This document shows positions 40,502 through 48,626 of a stretch of 64,000 nucleotides of DNA, one piece after another. The translations under genes and the position numbers were made by a program. Every line of letters begins with the position of its first letter. Position 1 is the stretch's first letter. This stretch comes from Acidobacteriota bacterium. GTDB lineage: Bacteria > Acidobacteriota > Terriglobia > Terriglobales > Acidobacteriaceae. Where the stretch lies: positions 4,789-68,788 of the forward strand of contig JAGWRX010000025.1 of the NCBI GenBank assembly GCA_028876395.1. The letters are read 5' to 3'. The notes under the pieces were generated by a model that saw only the letters and a list, made by a program, of their open reading frames with translations, was not told the DNA's origin and made no database searches.

Positions 40502-41800
40502 ATGAGATTCTGGAATTCATTTATTAAGACAGTTCTGGTGGTCATCGGCCTGGCTCTGCTGATGCCCCAGCAAGGCAATGCGATTCCGGCGTTTGCACGC
40601 AAATTCGGCGTCAAGTGCTACACCTGCCACACGATTCCGCCTGCGCTGAACAAGAATGGCTACATGTTCAAGCGCCTTGGCTATCGTATGCCGCCGGACG
40701 AGATGGACGGCACCAAGCCGGCGCCGAAGGTTTCCGCACTGGACAAGGACATCAAATTCAGCCTGACCAATTCCCTCGCGATGATCCTGCAGGGTAGTGT
40801 CACGGACGACAAGAACATTGCCGAGACCGGAACCACTCCGGCGACGGCCACTGCAACCACATCCAGCTTCAACCTGGATGAAGCGGCCCTGTTTATCGCC
40901 GGCGCAGTGCCGGAGTCGGGCTTCTCCTATTTCGGCCACTACGAGTTGTACCAGGACGGCGGCAGCGGTCTGGAGCAGGGCTTTGGTGTTTACACCGGCG
41001 GCCGCGCCAACAGCAGCTACTTCATCAAGGGTGGCGAAGAGCACATGCAAGAGGGAGAGGGAACTCGTGCTGCCATGTTCTACAACCTCTTTCCTGACCC
41101 GGCTTATACGCTGACCAACGTAGATCCCATCGGCTTCAGTCTCGATCAGCACCCGGTCGGAGTGGATTTCGGCTATACATGGGCGTCGAACTACTTCAAG
41201 AATATTTTTGCCGTATCCGCAAAGGTCACCAACGGTCTGAATGCGGACGGCAGCGAGATTCTCAATGGTTCGACCAAGAACTCCAAGGATGTTTGGGTTG
41301 ACGCAGATTACTGGTTTGGACCTGACGGTGGCGTCACTGCCATCTATTATCACGGCTCGAAAGACCAGGTCCAGAATCCCGGTGCTGACAACGAGTTTAC
41401 CTATCGCCCGACGTTTTACCGGGCCGGCGCATTTGGCAACTACCTGTTCTTTGACAAGCTCGACCTGCTTGGCGGTTACATCCACAGCCGCGATGATTGG
41501 CGGTGGGATCAGACATCGCCTATGTCTTACTACAGTGCCGATACCTATCGCGGGGAAGTGGACTATTACCTCAAGACTGGCACAGTCCTCATGGCTCGCC
41601 TGGACCGTGGAACCGCGAAGATTGCACCGCAGCCGGACATGCACACACGTGCCTGGGGCGTTGGCGCTGAGCACGCACTCACCGATATGGGCAATGTGGT
41701 GGTCCGCGCTACCTATAATCAGGAGCATGACGGCGATCCGCTCGCGCTGTTGGGTGCAACCGATAAACTCTTCAAACTTGACTTCCGGTTCATGTGGTAA
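40502..41800 (+). CDS. cyc2: Cyc2-like fused monoheme cytochrome c / outer-membrane porin
   Basis: Signal peptide then A-IPAFARKFGVKCYTCHTIPPALNKNGYMFKRLGY (Cyc2 N-terminal pattern PxFAR..CxxCH..PxL..G..FK..GY); beta-strand-rich body ending LDFRFMW. Confidence 0.78.
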   Translation: MRFWNSFIKTVLVVIGLALLMPQQGNAIPAFARKFGVKCYTCHTIPPALNKNGYMFKRLGYRMPPDEMDGTKPAPKVSALDKDIKFSLTNSLAMILQGSVTDDKNIAETGTTPATATATTSSFNLDEAALFIAGAVPESGFSYFGHYELYQDGGSGLEQGFGVYTGGRANSSYFIKGGEEHMQEGEGTRAAMFYNLFPDPAYTLTNVDPIGFSLDQHPVGVDFGYTWASNYFKNIFAVSAKVTNGLNADGSEILNGSTKNSKDVWVDADYWFGPDGGVTAIYYHGSKDQVQNPGADNEFTYRPTFYRAGAFGNYLFFDKLDLLGGYIHSRDDWRWDQTSPMSYYSADTYRGEVDYYLKTGTVLMARLDRGTAKIAPQPDMHTRAWGVGAEHALTDMGNVVVRATYNQEHDGDPLALLGATDKLFKLDFRFMW

Positions 41801-41812
41801 GGAGAAACTCAG

Positions 41813-42220
41813 ATGCTGAAGGCAATTCGATTTGTGGCAATCGCCAGTTTGGTCGCGCCCATGTTTCTGGTGGCGCAGAGCAGCAACGTAACCCTTCCGC
41901 AGGACAAGGGGCCCGGCAAGATCGATGTCTCCTCTTACCCGCCGGAGCAGCAGAAGGCGTACAAGGTGTTTGACAACAAGTGCGCCAAGTGCCACACCAT
42001 CGCGCGTCCCATCAACACCACCATGACCAAGGCGGAGTGGGAACGCTATGTGAAGCGCATGATGCACAAGCCAAACTCGGGTATCAGCGACAGCCAGGGC
42101 AAGGAGATCTTCGAGTTCCTGGCATATGACCAGCAGATGCGCAAGGACAAGAATCCCTCCGCCTTCTACAAGTCTCTTTCCGACGAAGAGATTGAGAAGC
42201 TGAGGTCCCAACAGCACTAA
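41813..42220 (+). CDS. Periplasmic monoheme cytochrome c
   Basis: Signal peptide; CAKCH; WERYVKRMMHK with candidate Met ligand. Confidence 0.88.
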   Translation: MLKAIRFVAIASLVAPMFLVAQSSNVTLPQDKGPGKIDVSSYPPEQQKAYKVFDNKCAKCHTIARPINTTMTKAEWERYVKRMMHKPNSGISDSQGKEIFEFLAYDQQMRKDKNPSAFYKSLSDEEIEKLRSQQH

Positions 42221-42256
42221 GCAGTTTGTCAGGCGCTCATATGGAGTTGCCTTAAT

Positions 42257-42285
42257 CCCGGCGAGCAACTGGCCCGCTCGCCGGG
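42257..42285 (+). other. Intra-operon stem-loop
   Basis: CCCGGCGAGC-N9-GCTCGCCGGG, no long U-tract. Confidence 0.6.
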
Positions 42286-42365
42286 TACTTGTCTCAGGCA
42301 GGACTCGGCACGCCAACGACGTCTTGCAAACGCTGTAGTGAAACACCAGTCAGAATGGGGAACGC

Positions 42366-44204
42366 ATGAGCTATTCCATCAAGATCCCGGACCGGGAATA
42401 CTTCGACAAGAATATTCCATGCCAGTCTGCCTGCCCGATTCACACCGAGTGCGGGCGTTATGTGCAGGCGATCGGGATATCGAAGGATGAAGAGGCGTAC
42501 ATGCTGGCTCGCGCCCCCAATCCATTTGCCTACGTGCTGGGCAGAATCTGCGCGCATCCCTGCGAGGACAACTGCCGGCGCGGCAAGATTGACGAGCCCG
42601 TCGCCATCTGCGCGTTGAAGCGCTACGCCACGGATCGGCACAATCTCGGTCTGGGGCACGATCCTGTAAGAAAAGCCCTGCCCCCCGCGCCCAAGCGCAA
42701 CAAGCGCGTGGCGGTTGTAGGAGCCGGCGTGTGCGGCCTGACCTGCGCGCATGACCTGGCCCTGCTCGGCTACACGGTGGAGGTCTTCGAGTCGGCCCCG
42801 GTGCCCGGCGGCATGCTCTATCTCGGCATTCCGCAGTTCCGCCTTCCCAGGGAAATCATCAAGATGGAGGTGGACAACATTCTGGCCATGGGCGTTACGC
42901 TGCACACCCGCGTGACCGTGGGCCGGGACATCACCTTCACTGAGCTGCGCTCGAAGTTCGATGCCGTGCTGCTCTCCACCGGGCTCAACAAGGGTCGCGA
43001 ACTGAACATTCCCGGAGCGCACCTCGCGGGCGTGTACAACGGCATCGATTTCCTGATTAACGTCAACCTCGGATATGAGATTAAGCTGGGCAAGCGGGTC
43101 GTAGTGGTCGGAGGCGGCAACGTGGCCATCGACGTGGCCCGCGCGGCTGTGCGCCTCGTGCAGGAGTCGGTGGAGCCGACGCCTCTCACCGAGCAGGAGA
43201 AGAGTCTCCAGTCCGCCATTGACGCGGCGCGCCTGGCCATGCGCTCAGGCGCGGAGCAGGTCAACATGGTCAGCCTCGAATCGCGCGCCCAGATGCCCGC
43301 GTGGAAGGGCGAAGTGGAAGAGGCCGAGCACGAAGGCATTGTGGTGGACAACGGCTGGGGCCCCAGGGAGATTGTGGGCGAAAACGGCGTCGTCACCGGC
43401 CTGAAAGTTCGCCGCTGCCTTACGGTGTTCGATGAGAGCGGCCGCTTCAATCCTGCCTTCAGCGACGAAGAGAAGATCATCCCCTGCGACAGCGTGGTGC
43501 TCGCCATCGGTCAGCAGGCGGACCTCTCCTACATCAACGGCGAAGACGGAGTGCAGGTCACGCCGCGCGGCATCCTCAAGATTGACGAGAACCTCAGCAC
43601 CACCGCTCCCGGCGTTTTCGCGGGCGGCGACGTAGCCTTCGGGCCGCGCATCCTGGTTGAAGCCGTCGCCAATGGCCACAAGTCCGCCCGCTCCATCCAC
43701 CTCTACCTCAGCGGCAAAACGGAGAAGACCGTGCGCAGCCGCTTCCGCATCCTGCCCAACTGGAAGATGCCCAAGAACTTCCTCACCACGCCGCGCCAGA
43801 AAATGCCGGTGCTGGCGACCAACCGGCGCATCGGCATCGCGGAAGTCGAGTTGGGCTTCGACGAGGAACAGGGCCGCGCCGAGGGGCTGCGCTGTCTGAA
43901 CTGCCAGGTCAACACCATCTTCGACGGATCGAAATGCATCCTGTGCGCGGGCTGCGTGGATGTGTGCCCTGAGAGCTGCCTGCGCCTGGTGGACCTTGTG
44001 CAGGTCAGCGGCGACGAGCGTTACAACGCGCTGATCACCCAGCGCTACGGAGTCTCCGCCGCCGAACTGAAAGCAGGCCAGGCGGGCGCCATCATCAAGA
44101 ACGAAGAAAAATGCATCCGGTGCGGGCTGTGCGCGGACCGGTGCCCAACCGGGGCCATCACCATGGAAGCTTTGGAACGGCAAGAGCGGGAAGTCTTTGA
44201 ATAG
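42366..44204 (+). CDS. FAD/[4Fe-4S] NAD(P)H oxidoreductase (GltD/NfnB/DsrL-like) with C-terminal ferredoxin domain
   Basis: PCQSACP, GRICAHPCEDNCRR, VVGAGVCG, VVGGGNVAID, FAGGD, RCLNC, CILCAGCVDVCP, CIRCGLCADRCP; no signal peptide. Confidence 0.9.
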   Translation: MSYSIKIPDREYFDKNIPCQSACPIHTECGRYVQAIGISKDEEAYMLARAPNPFAYVLGRICAHPCEDNCRRGKIDEPVAICALKRYATDRHNLGLGHDPVRKALPPAPKRNKRVAVVGAGVCGLTCAHDLALLGYTVEVFESAPVPGGMLYLGIPQFRLPREIIKMEVDNILAMGVTLHTRVTVGRDITFTELRSKFDAVLLSTGLNKGRELNIPGAHLAGVYNGIDFLINVNLGYEIKLGKRVVVVGGGNVAIDVARAAVRLVQESVEPTPLTEQEKSLQSAIDAARLAMRSGAEQVNMVSLESRAQMPAWKGEVEEAEHEGIVVDNGWGPREIVGENGVVTGLKVRRCLTVFDESGRFNPAFSDEEKIIPCDSVVLAIGQQADLSYINGEDGVQVTPRGILKIDENLSTTAPGVFAGGDVAFGPRILVEAVANGHKSARSIHLYLSGKTEKTVRSRFRILPNWKMPKNFLTTPRQKMPVLATNRRIGIAEVELGFDEEQGRAEGLRCLNCQVNTIFDGSKCILCAGCVDVCPESCLRLVDLVQVSGDERYNALITQRYGVSAAELKAGQAGAIIKNEEKCIRCGLCADRCPTGAITMEALERQEREVFE

Positions 44205-44216
44205 GGGAGCAGAGAA

Positions 44217-44672
44217 ATGAATAGAAGAAATTTCCTCAGTTGGGGATCGGCCGGCGTGGTCACCCTCGGAACGGGGGTCGCGGTAAGCCTGGGGGCCGTC
44301 GTCAGATTCCTGATGCCGAGTGTCTTTTACGAGCCGCCGCAGACATTCAAGATCGGAACCCCCGGCGACTTCGCATTCGGCATGCCGACGTTTCTGGTGG
44401 ATGAAAAAATCTTCGTCTTCCGCGACCGGGAGAAGGGATTCTCAGTGGCCAGCGCAGTCTGCACGCATCTGGGATGCACGGTGGCTCACTTCCAGAGCGA
44501 CAACCGCTTCCACTGCCCGTGCCACGGCAGCGTGTTTGCCCCTGACGGCTCAGTGATTCATGGCCCCGCCCCCAAGCCCCTGCAGTGGTTTGAGGTCACT
44601 CTGGCTCGCGACGGTCAACTCCGCGTTGACAAAGACAAGGTAGTGCCCGCTGGCTACCGGTTGATGGTGTAA
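44217..44672 (+). CDS. Rieske [2Fe-2S] subunit of a Rieske/cytochrome b complex
   Basis: NRRNFL Tat motif plus TM helix; CTHLGC and CPCHGS; GPAPKPL. Confidence 0.95.
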   Translation: MNRRNFLSWGSAGVVTLGTGVAVSLGAVVRFLMPSVFYEPPQTFKIGTPGDFAFGMPTFLVDEKIFVFRDREKGFSVASAVCTHLGCTVAHFQSDNRFHCPCHGSVFAPDGSVIHGPAPKPLQWFEVTLARDGQLRVDKDKVVPAGYRLMV

Positions 44673-44674
44673 AC

Positions 44675-45961
44675 ATGAATCTGATTCGAGACATTTACCA
44701 ATCGATCGTCCGGCGGGATCCGCTGTCAACCGACAAGGGAAAGTCCGAACTGGTCTTTCTCAACGTCTGGTTGCACATCCATCCGGCCAAGGTGAAGAAG
44801 GAAAGCCTGAAGTTCAAGCACACCTTTTACCTGGGCTTCATCACTTTCTTTCTTTTCGTGATCCTGGTCACCACAGGGATCGCCCTGATGTTCTACTACC
44901 GGCCTTATCCACCGCATGCCTACCAGGACATGAAGGACCTGCAGTTTGTGGTCTTCATGGGTCCGTTCCTGCGCGGCATGCATCGCTGGGCTGCGCATGG
45001 CATGGTGGTGTGCGTGTTTCTTCATATGTGCCGGGTCTTCTATACCGGCTCTTATAAGAAGCCGCGCCAGTTTAACTGGGTGGTCGGCGTATTTCTTCTC
45101 CTGCTGACGCTGGGCCTCTCGTTCACCGGCTACCTGCTGCCCTGGGATCAGCTGGCGTTCTGGGCGATCACAGTGGGAACGAACATTGGCAGTTATGCCC
45201 CGCTGGTTGGCGGCAAGCTGCGTGAGATTCTGCTGGGCGGGCACACCGTGGGCGAAGCCGCGCTGCTGCGCTTCTATGTGCTGCACGTGGCAATTCTGCC
45301 GTCGTTCATGATTCTGCTCACCGTCGTCCACTTCTGGCGCGTGCGCAAGGATGGCGGCCTTTCGCGGCCGGTCTGGAAGCTCAAGCCGAACAAGCCAGAG
45401 CAGCTGGTCACCATCGGAGCGCCGCCGCAGACAGCGCCGCTCAACGCAGTGGCCGCCTCCACCGACAAGACCTACGGCCTGATGGAAGTCGTCACCGGCA
45501 AGCCCATCTTTGAAACCATCACGCCGGATGAGGAAGAGGACGCGGTCTTTTCCTATCCGTATGCCTTCTTCCGCGAGGCGATTGCGCTCATGGTTACGGT
45601 CACAGGCATCATGGCCATATCCCTGTTCTTCCGCGCGCCTCTTGAGGAGCTGGCCAACCCGGCCAAGACGCCCAATCCCGCCAAGGCCCCGTGGTACTTC
45701 CTGGGCCTCCAGGAACTGGTAAGCCACTCCGCGCTGCTGGGCGGTGTGGTTGCTCCCACGCTGATGGTGCTGGCGCTGCTGGCCATTCCCTACTTCGACC
45801 GGAATCCCAGCCGGCGGCCATCGGACCGCAAGTGGGCCATCTGGCTCTTCACCATTTTTGTCGTGGCAAACCTGGTCCTGATTGTCATCGGAACCTTCTT
45901 CCGGGGTCCCGGCTGGGCGCTGGTTCCACCGTGGGTACACGTTGTTGCGGGGGCTGAGTAA
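44675..45961 (+). CDS. Cytochrome b (b6-like domain fused to subunit IV)
   Basis: [32 protein letters not shown]-x14-H, linker, then APLEELANP...[12 protein letters not shown]. Confidence 0.93.
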   Translation: MNLIRDIYQSIVRRDPLSTDKGKSELVFLNVWLHIHPAKVKKESLKFKHTFYLGFITFFLFVILVTTGIALMFYYRPYPPHAYQDMKDLQFVVFMGPFLRGMHRWAAHGMVVCVFLHMCRVFYTGSYKKPRQFNWVVGVFLLLLTLGLSFTGYLLPWDQLAFWAITVGTNIGSYAPLVGGKLREILLGGHTVGEAALLRFYVLHVAILPSFMILLTVVHFWRVRKDGGLSRPVWKLKPNKPEQLVTIGAPPQTAPLNAVAASTDKTYGLMEVVTGKPIFETITPDEEEDAVFSYPYAFFREAIALMVTVTGIMAISLFFRAPLEELANPAKTPNPAKAPWYFLGLQELVSHSALLGGVVAPTLMVLALLAIPYFDRNPSRRPSDRKWAIWLFTIFVVANLVLIVIGTFFRGPGWALVPPWVHVVAGAE

Positions 45962-47352
45962 TGGGACGCAGACTACCACAAATTTTCTTCGGACTGAGCT
46001 TGCTTGCGCTGGTGCTGATTGTCGCTGCCGTCTGGCAGGCCAGCACACCCTCGTGGAAGACCTATCAACGCCAGTTCCTGCAGCTTGAGGCGCAGGGTGA
46101 GCCCAACGCGGTGACCAAGGCCGCCGTGCTGGCCACGCCGCCGCAGATTCACCAGGTGATGCTCACAGGGCTGCAGCGCGTGGACCGCTGCACCACGTGC
46201 CATCTCGGCGTGGATGATCCAACCATGAAGAACGCGCCGGAGCCCTTCCGCTACCACGAGGGGCTTGGCTCCCACATTCCTTCCCGCTTCGGCTGCACCA
46301 TCTGCCACGGCGGTCAGGGCCTGGCGACAGACAAGAAGAATGCGCACGGCGATGTGCAGTTCTGGGAGACGCCGCTGCTGACCAAGGAGTACATCCGCGC
46401 TTCCTGCGGACGCTGCCACAAGGAAGGCGATGTGCCCGGCGTACCAGAGCTGACTGAAGGCCGGCATCTGTTTGAAACGCAGGGATGCCGCGGCTGCCAC
46501 AAGCTGAACGGCGTGGGCGGCAGCATCGGACCGGACCTTACCGAAGAGGGCGCGAATCACCGCTCTCCCGAGTGGCTTGAGCGTCACTTCCTGGCGCCCA
46601 ATGCAGTTTCGGCCGGCTCCGTCATGCCCAACTTCCACTTCACCAAGGACCAGGCGCGCTCGCTCACCTACTACATGCTCTCGCTCACCAATGAAGAGAT
46701 GGGCACGTATTACTCCAGCGAGCGGCTGATCCCCAGCATCGAGTATGGAAGGCAGTTGTTTGTCGAGAAGGACTGCATCGTCTGCCACGCCGTCGGCGGT
46801 GTTGGAGCCAAAGTCGGCCCCGACCTGCTGGGCGTCACCAAGCGGCACTCGCGGGAGTGGCTTGACGAGCAGCTCGTGAATCCCGAGCTTGTGTACCCGG
46901 GCAGCGCCATGCCGGTCTATGACCTGGAAACGAATGCCCGCAAGGCGCTCATCGCTTTCATGTCCTCGGCCACACCGGAGGATGCGCAGGCAATCATGGC
47001 GCACAAGGGCACTGGACTCGCTCCCGAAGACGCAGCAATCGAGGCGGGCAAGCGCAACTTTGCGCGCTTTGGTTGCGCCGGCTGCCACGGCACGGAACTG
47101 CAGGGCGGCCTGCCCAACCCCAATGCGCAGGGCGGACAGGTTCCCTCGCTTGTGCACCTCGCCGACGACTACACCAAGGACGAAGTGATCGCGGTCATTC
47201 GTGACGGCAGAACGCCTCCCCTGGAGGACGCGAAGGGCCCCACGCCGCCGTTGTACATGCCGTCCTGGAAGAGCCTGCTGAGCAACGAGGACATTCACCA
47301 GATCGTCGAGTTCCTCTGGTCGAAGCAGCAGAAGAAGCAGGATAGCTGGTAG
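45961..47352 (+). CDS. Membrane-anchored hexaheme cytochrome c
   Basis: N-terminal TM; CTTCH, CTICH, CGRCH, CRGCH, CIVCH, CAGCH; the last three are followed by class-I-like MP motifs. Confidence 0.93.
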   Translation: MGRRLPQIFFGLSLLALVLIVAAVWQASTPSWKTYQRQFLQLEAQGEPNAVTKAAVLATPPQIHQVMLTGLQRVDRCTTCHLGVDDPTMKNAPEPFRYHEGLGSHIPSRFGCTICHGGQGLATDKKNAHGDVQFWETPLLTKEYIRASCGRCHKEGDVPGVPELTEGRHLFETQGCRGCHKLNGVGGSIGPDLTEEGANHRSPEWLERHFLAPNAVSAGSVMPNFHFTKDQARSLTYYMLSLTNEEMGTYYSSERLIPSIEYGRQLFVEKDCIVCHAVGGVGAKVGPDLLGVTKRHSREWLDEQLVNPELVYPGSAMPVYDLETNARKALIAFMSSATPEDAQAIMAHKGTGLAPEDAAIEAGKRNFARFGCAGCHGTELQGGLPNPNAQGGQVPSLVHLADDYTKDEVIAVIRDGRTPPLEDAKGPTPPLYMPSWKSLLSNEDIHQIVEFLWSKQQKKQDSW

Positions 47353-47380
47353 TCGCCAGGCGCTTCGTTTGATGCCCTTT

Positions 47381-47427
47381 CAAGCCGGCGTCCCCTCGCG
47401 CAGCAAGACGCAGGGGATTCCGGCTTG
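47381..47427 (+). terminator. Hairpin closing the cytochrome operon
   Basis: CAAGCCGG.GTCCCCT...AGGGGAT.CCGGCTTG. Confidence 0.55.
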
Positions 47428-47533
47428 ACGGCAAAAGCTCCCCGCCTCAAAGGGCGCGGGCGAGTCAGCGCATCGTTCATCAGCCACGGTCAGAGAGCCC
47501 TGTTCCATCTCTGCCCGCATCGGAGTTCAGTCC

Positions 47534-48064
47534 TTGAAGTCGCCACAGACCCCATTTGCCGTCTTCGCCCTCGTTCTTGCTGCTGCTGTCCTCGCTTCAT
47601 CCACCGCCGCGCAGGCCCCGCAGAGTCCGCAAGGCAAAGCCGCCGATCAATCATCTGCGCCGCCTCCGCGCAGCTTTCCCGCACCCACAAACCTGAAGGT
47701 GCTGCCCAAAGATCTCACCGGGCAGCAGGTCCGCGACATCATGAAGCAGTGGTCCGCGTCGCTGGGGAGCCGGTGCGACTCCTGCCATGCCGAAGACCCT
47801 GACAATGTGCGGCCAGACGGCCGGCCGATCCTCAAATTCGCCGATGACTCCAAGCCCATGAAAGCCGTCGCGCGCACCATGTACACAATGACCGAGCAGA
47901 TCAACAGCAACTACATCGCCAGGCTTGAGGGTTCGGGCCTGCCCGTCACCTGCGGCACCTGCCATCGCGGCCACATCGGCCCGGAGCCGTTCGATGCCTC
48001 CTCGCAGTCGCAGAAACCGCCCATGCCTGCTCCTCCCGACCAGAATCGGCCCGCGTCGCAGTAA
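47534..48064 (+). CDS. Exported diheme cytochrome c (reaction-centre cytochrome c-like repeat)
   Basis: Signal peptide; NLKVLP, M...SLGSRCDSCH, ARTMYTM, VTCGTCHRG. Confidence 0.85.
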   Translation: MKSPQTPFAVFALVLAAAVLASSTAAQAPQSPQGKAADQSSAPPPRSFPAPTNLKVLPKDLTGQQVRDIMKQWSASLGSRCDSCHAEDPDNVRPDGRPILKFADDSKPMKAVARTMYTMTEQINSNYIARLEGSGLPVTCGTCHRGHIGPEPFDASSQSQKPPMPAPPDQNRPASQ

Positions 48065-48143
48065 ACAATAGACTCACCAAGCGCCTGATGCGCTATGATG
48101 AAGCCCGTTCGTTGACTCTGCCTTTATGCAAAGGGAGTCCGGG

Positions 48144-48626
48144 ATGGCCGAATTTCTTCTCCACGTCAACGGCGCACCACTCCACGTCAATGCCCCTGCT
48201 GACGAGAGTCTGCTCTCCGTTCTGCGCAATCGTCTCCATCTGACCGGGCCCAAGTACGGCTGCGGTGAAGGCCAGTGCGGCGCCTGCACCGTGCTGCTCG
48301 ACGGCGAGGCAACGCGCTCCTGCCTGGTGGCAGTGGGCTCGGTGGCCAACGCAAAGATCGTCACCATCGAGGGCCTGGAGCAGAATGGAAAGCTCAGCGC
48401 CGTCCAGCAGGCGTTTCTCGACGAAGGCGCCTTCCAGTGCGGCTACTGCACCTCCGGCATGATTCTCAGCGCCACGTCGCTGCTCCAGCGCACCCACAAA
48501 CCCACTGAACAGCAGATCGTCGAAGCGATGGATGGCAACCTTTGCCGCTGCGGCACCTATCCGCGCATCGTTGCCGCCATCCAGCGCGCCGCGCAGTCCA
48601 TGCCGGCCAAAGGAGCGAGCCGATGA
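48144..48626 (+). CDS. [2Fe-2S] small subunit, IorA/CoxS family
   Basis: GPKYGCGEGQCGACTV, FQCGYCTSG, NLCRCGTY. Confidence 0.95.
   Translation: MAEFLLHVNGAPLHVNAPADESLLSVLRNRLHLTGPKYGCGEGQCGACTVLLDGEATRSCLVAVGSVANAKIVTIEGLEQNGKLSAVQQAFLDEGAFQCGYCTSGMILSATSLLQRTHKPTEQQIVEAMDGNLCRCGTYPRIVAAIQRAAQSMPAKGASR

Noticed and set aside
40517-42346. Long antisense ORFs (609 aa here; also 6054-7877, 39000-40376, 52676-54322 and others)
   Set aside because: Shadow frames opposite well-supported genes, typical of high-GC codon bias; no motifs or RBS
42366-44204. Glutamate synthase small subunit or true DsrL
   Set aside because: No gltB or dsr genes nearby; the extra ferredoxin domain and Rieske/cyt b context point elsewhere
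47534-48064. Photosynthesis, suggested by the reaction-centre-like cytochrome and b6-like cyt b
   Set aside because: No reaction-centre, bacteriochlorophyll or antenna genes; this diheme domain type also occurs in non-phototrophs
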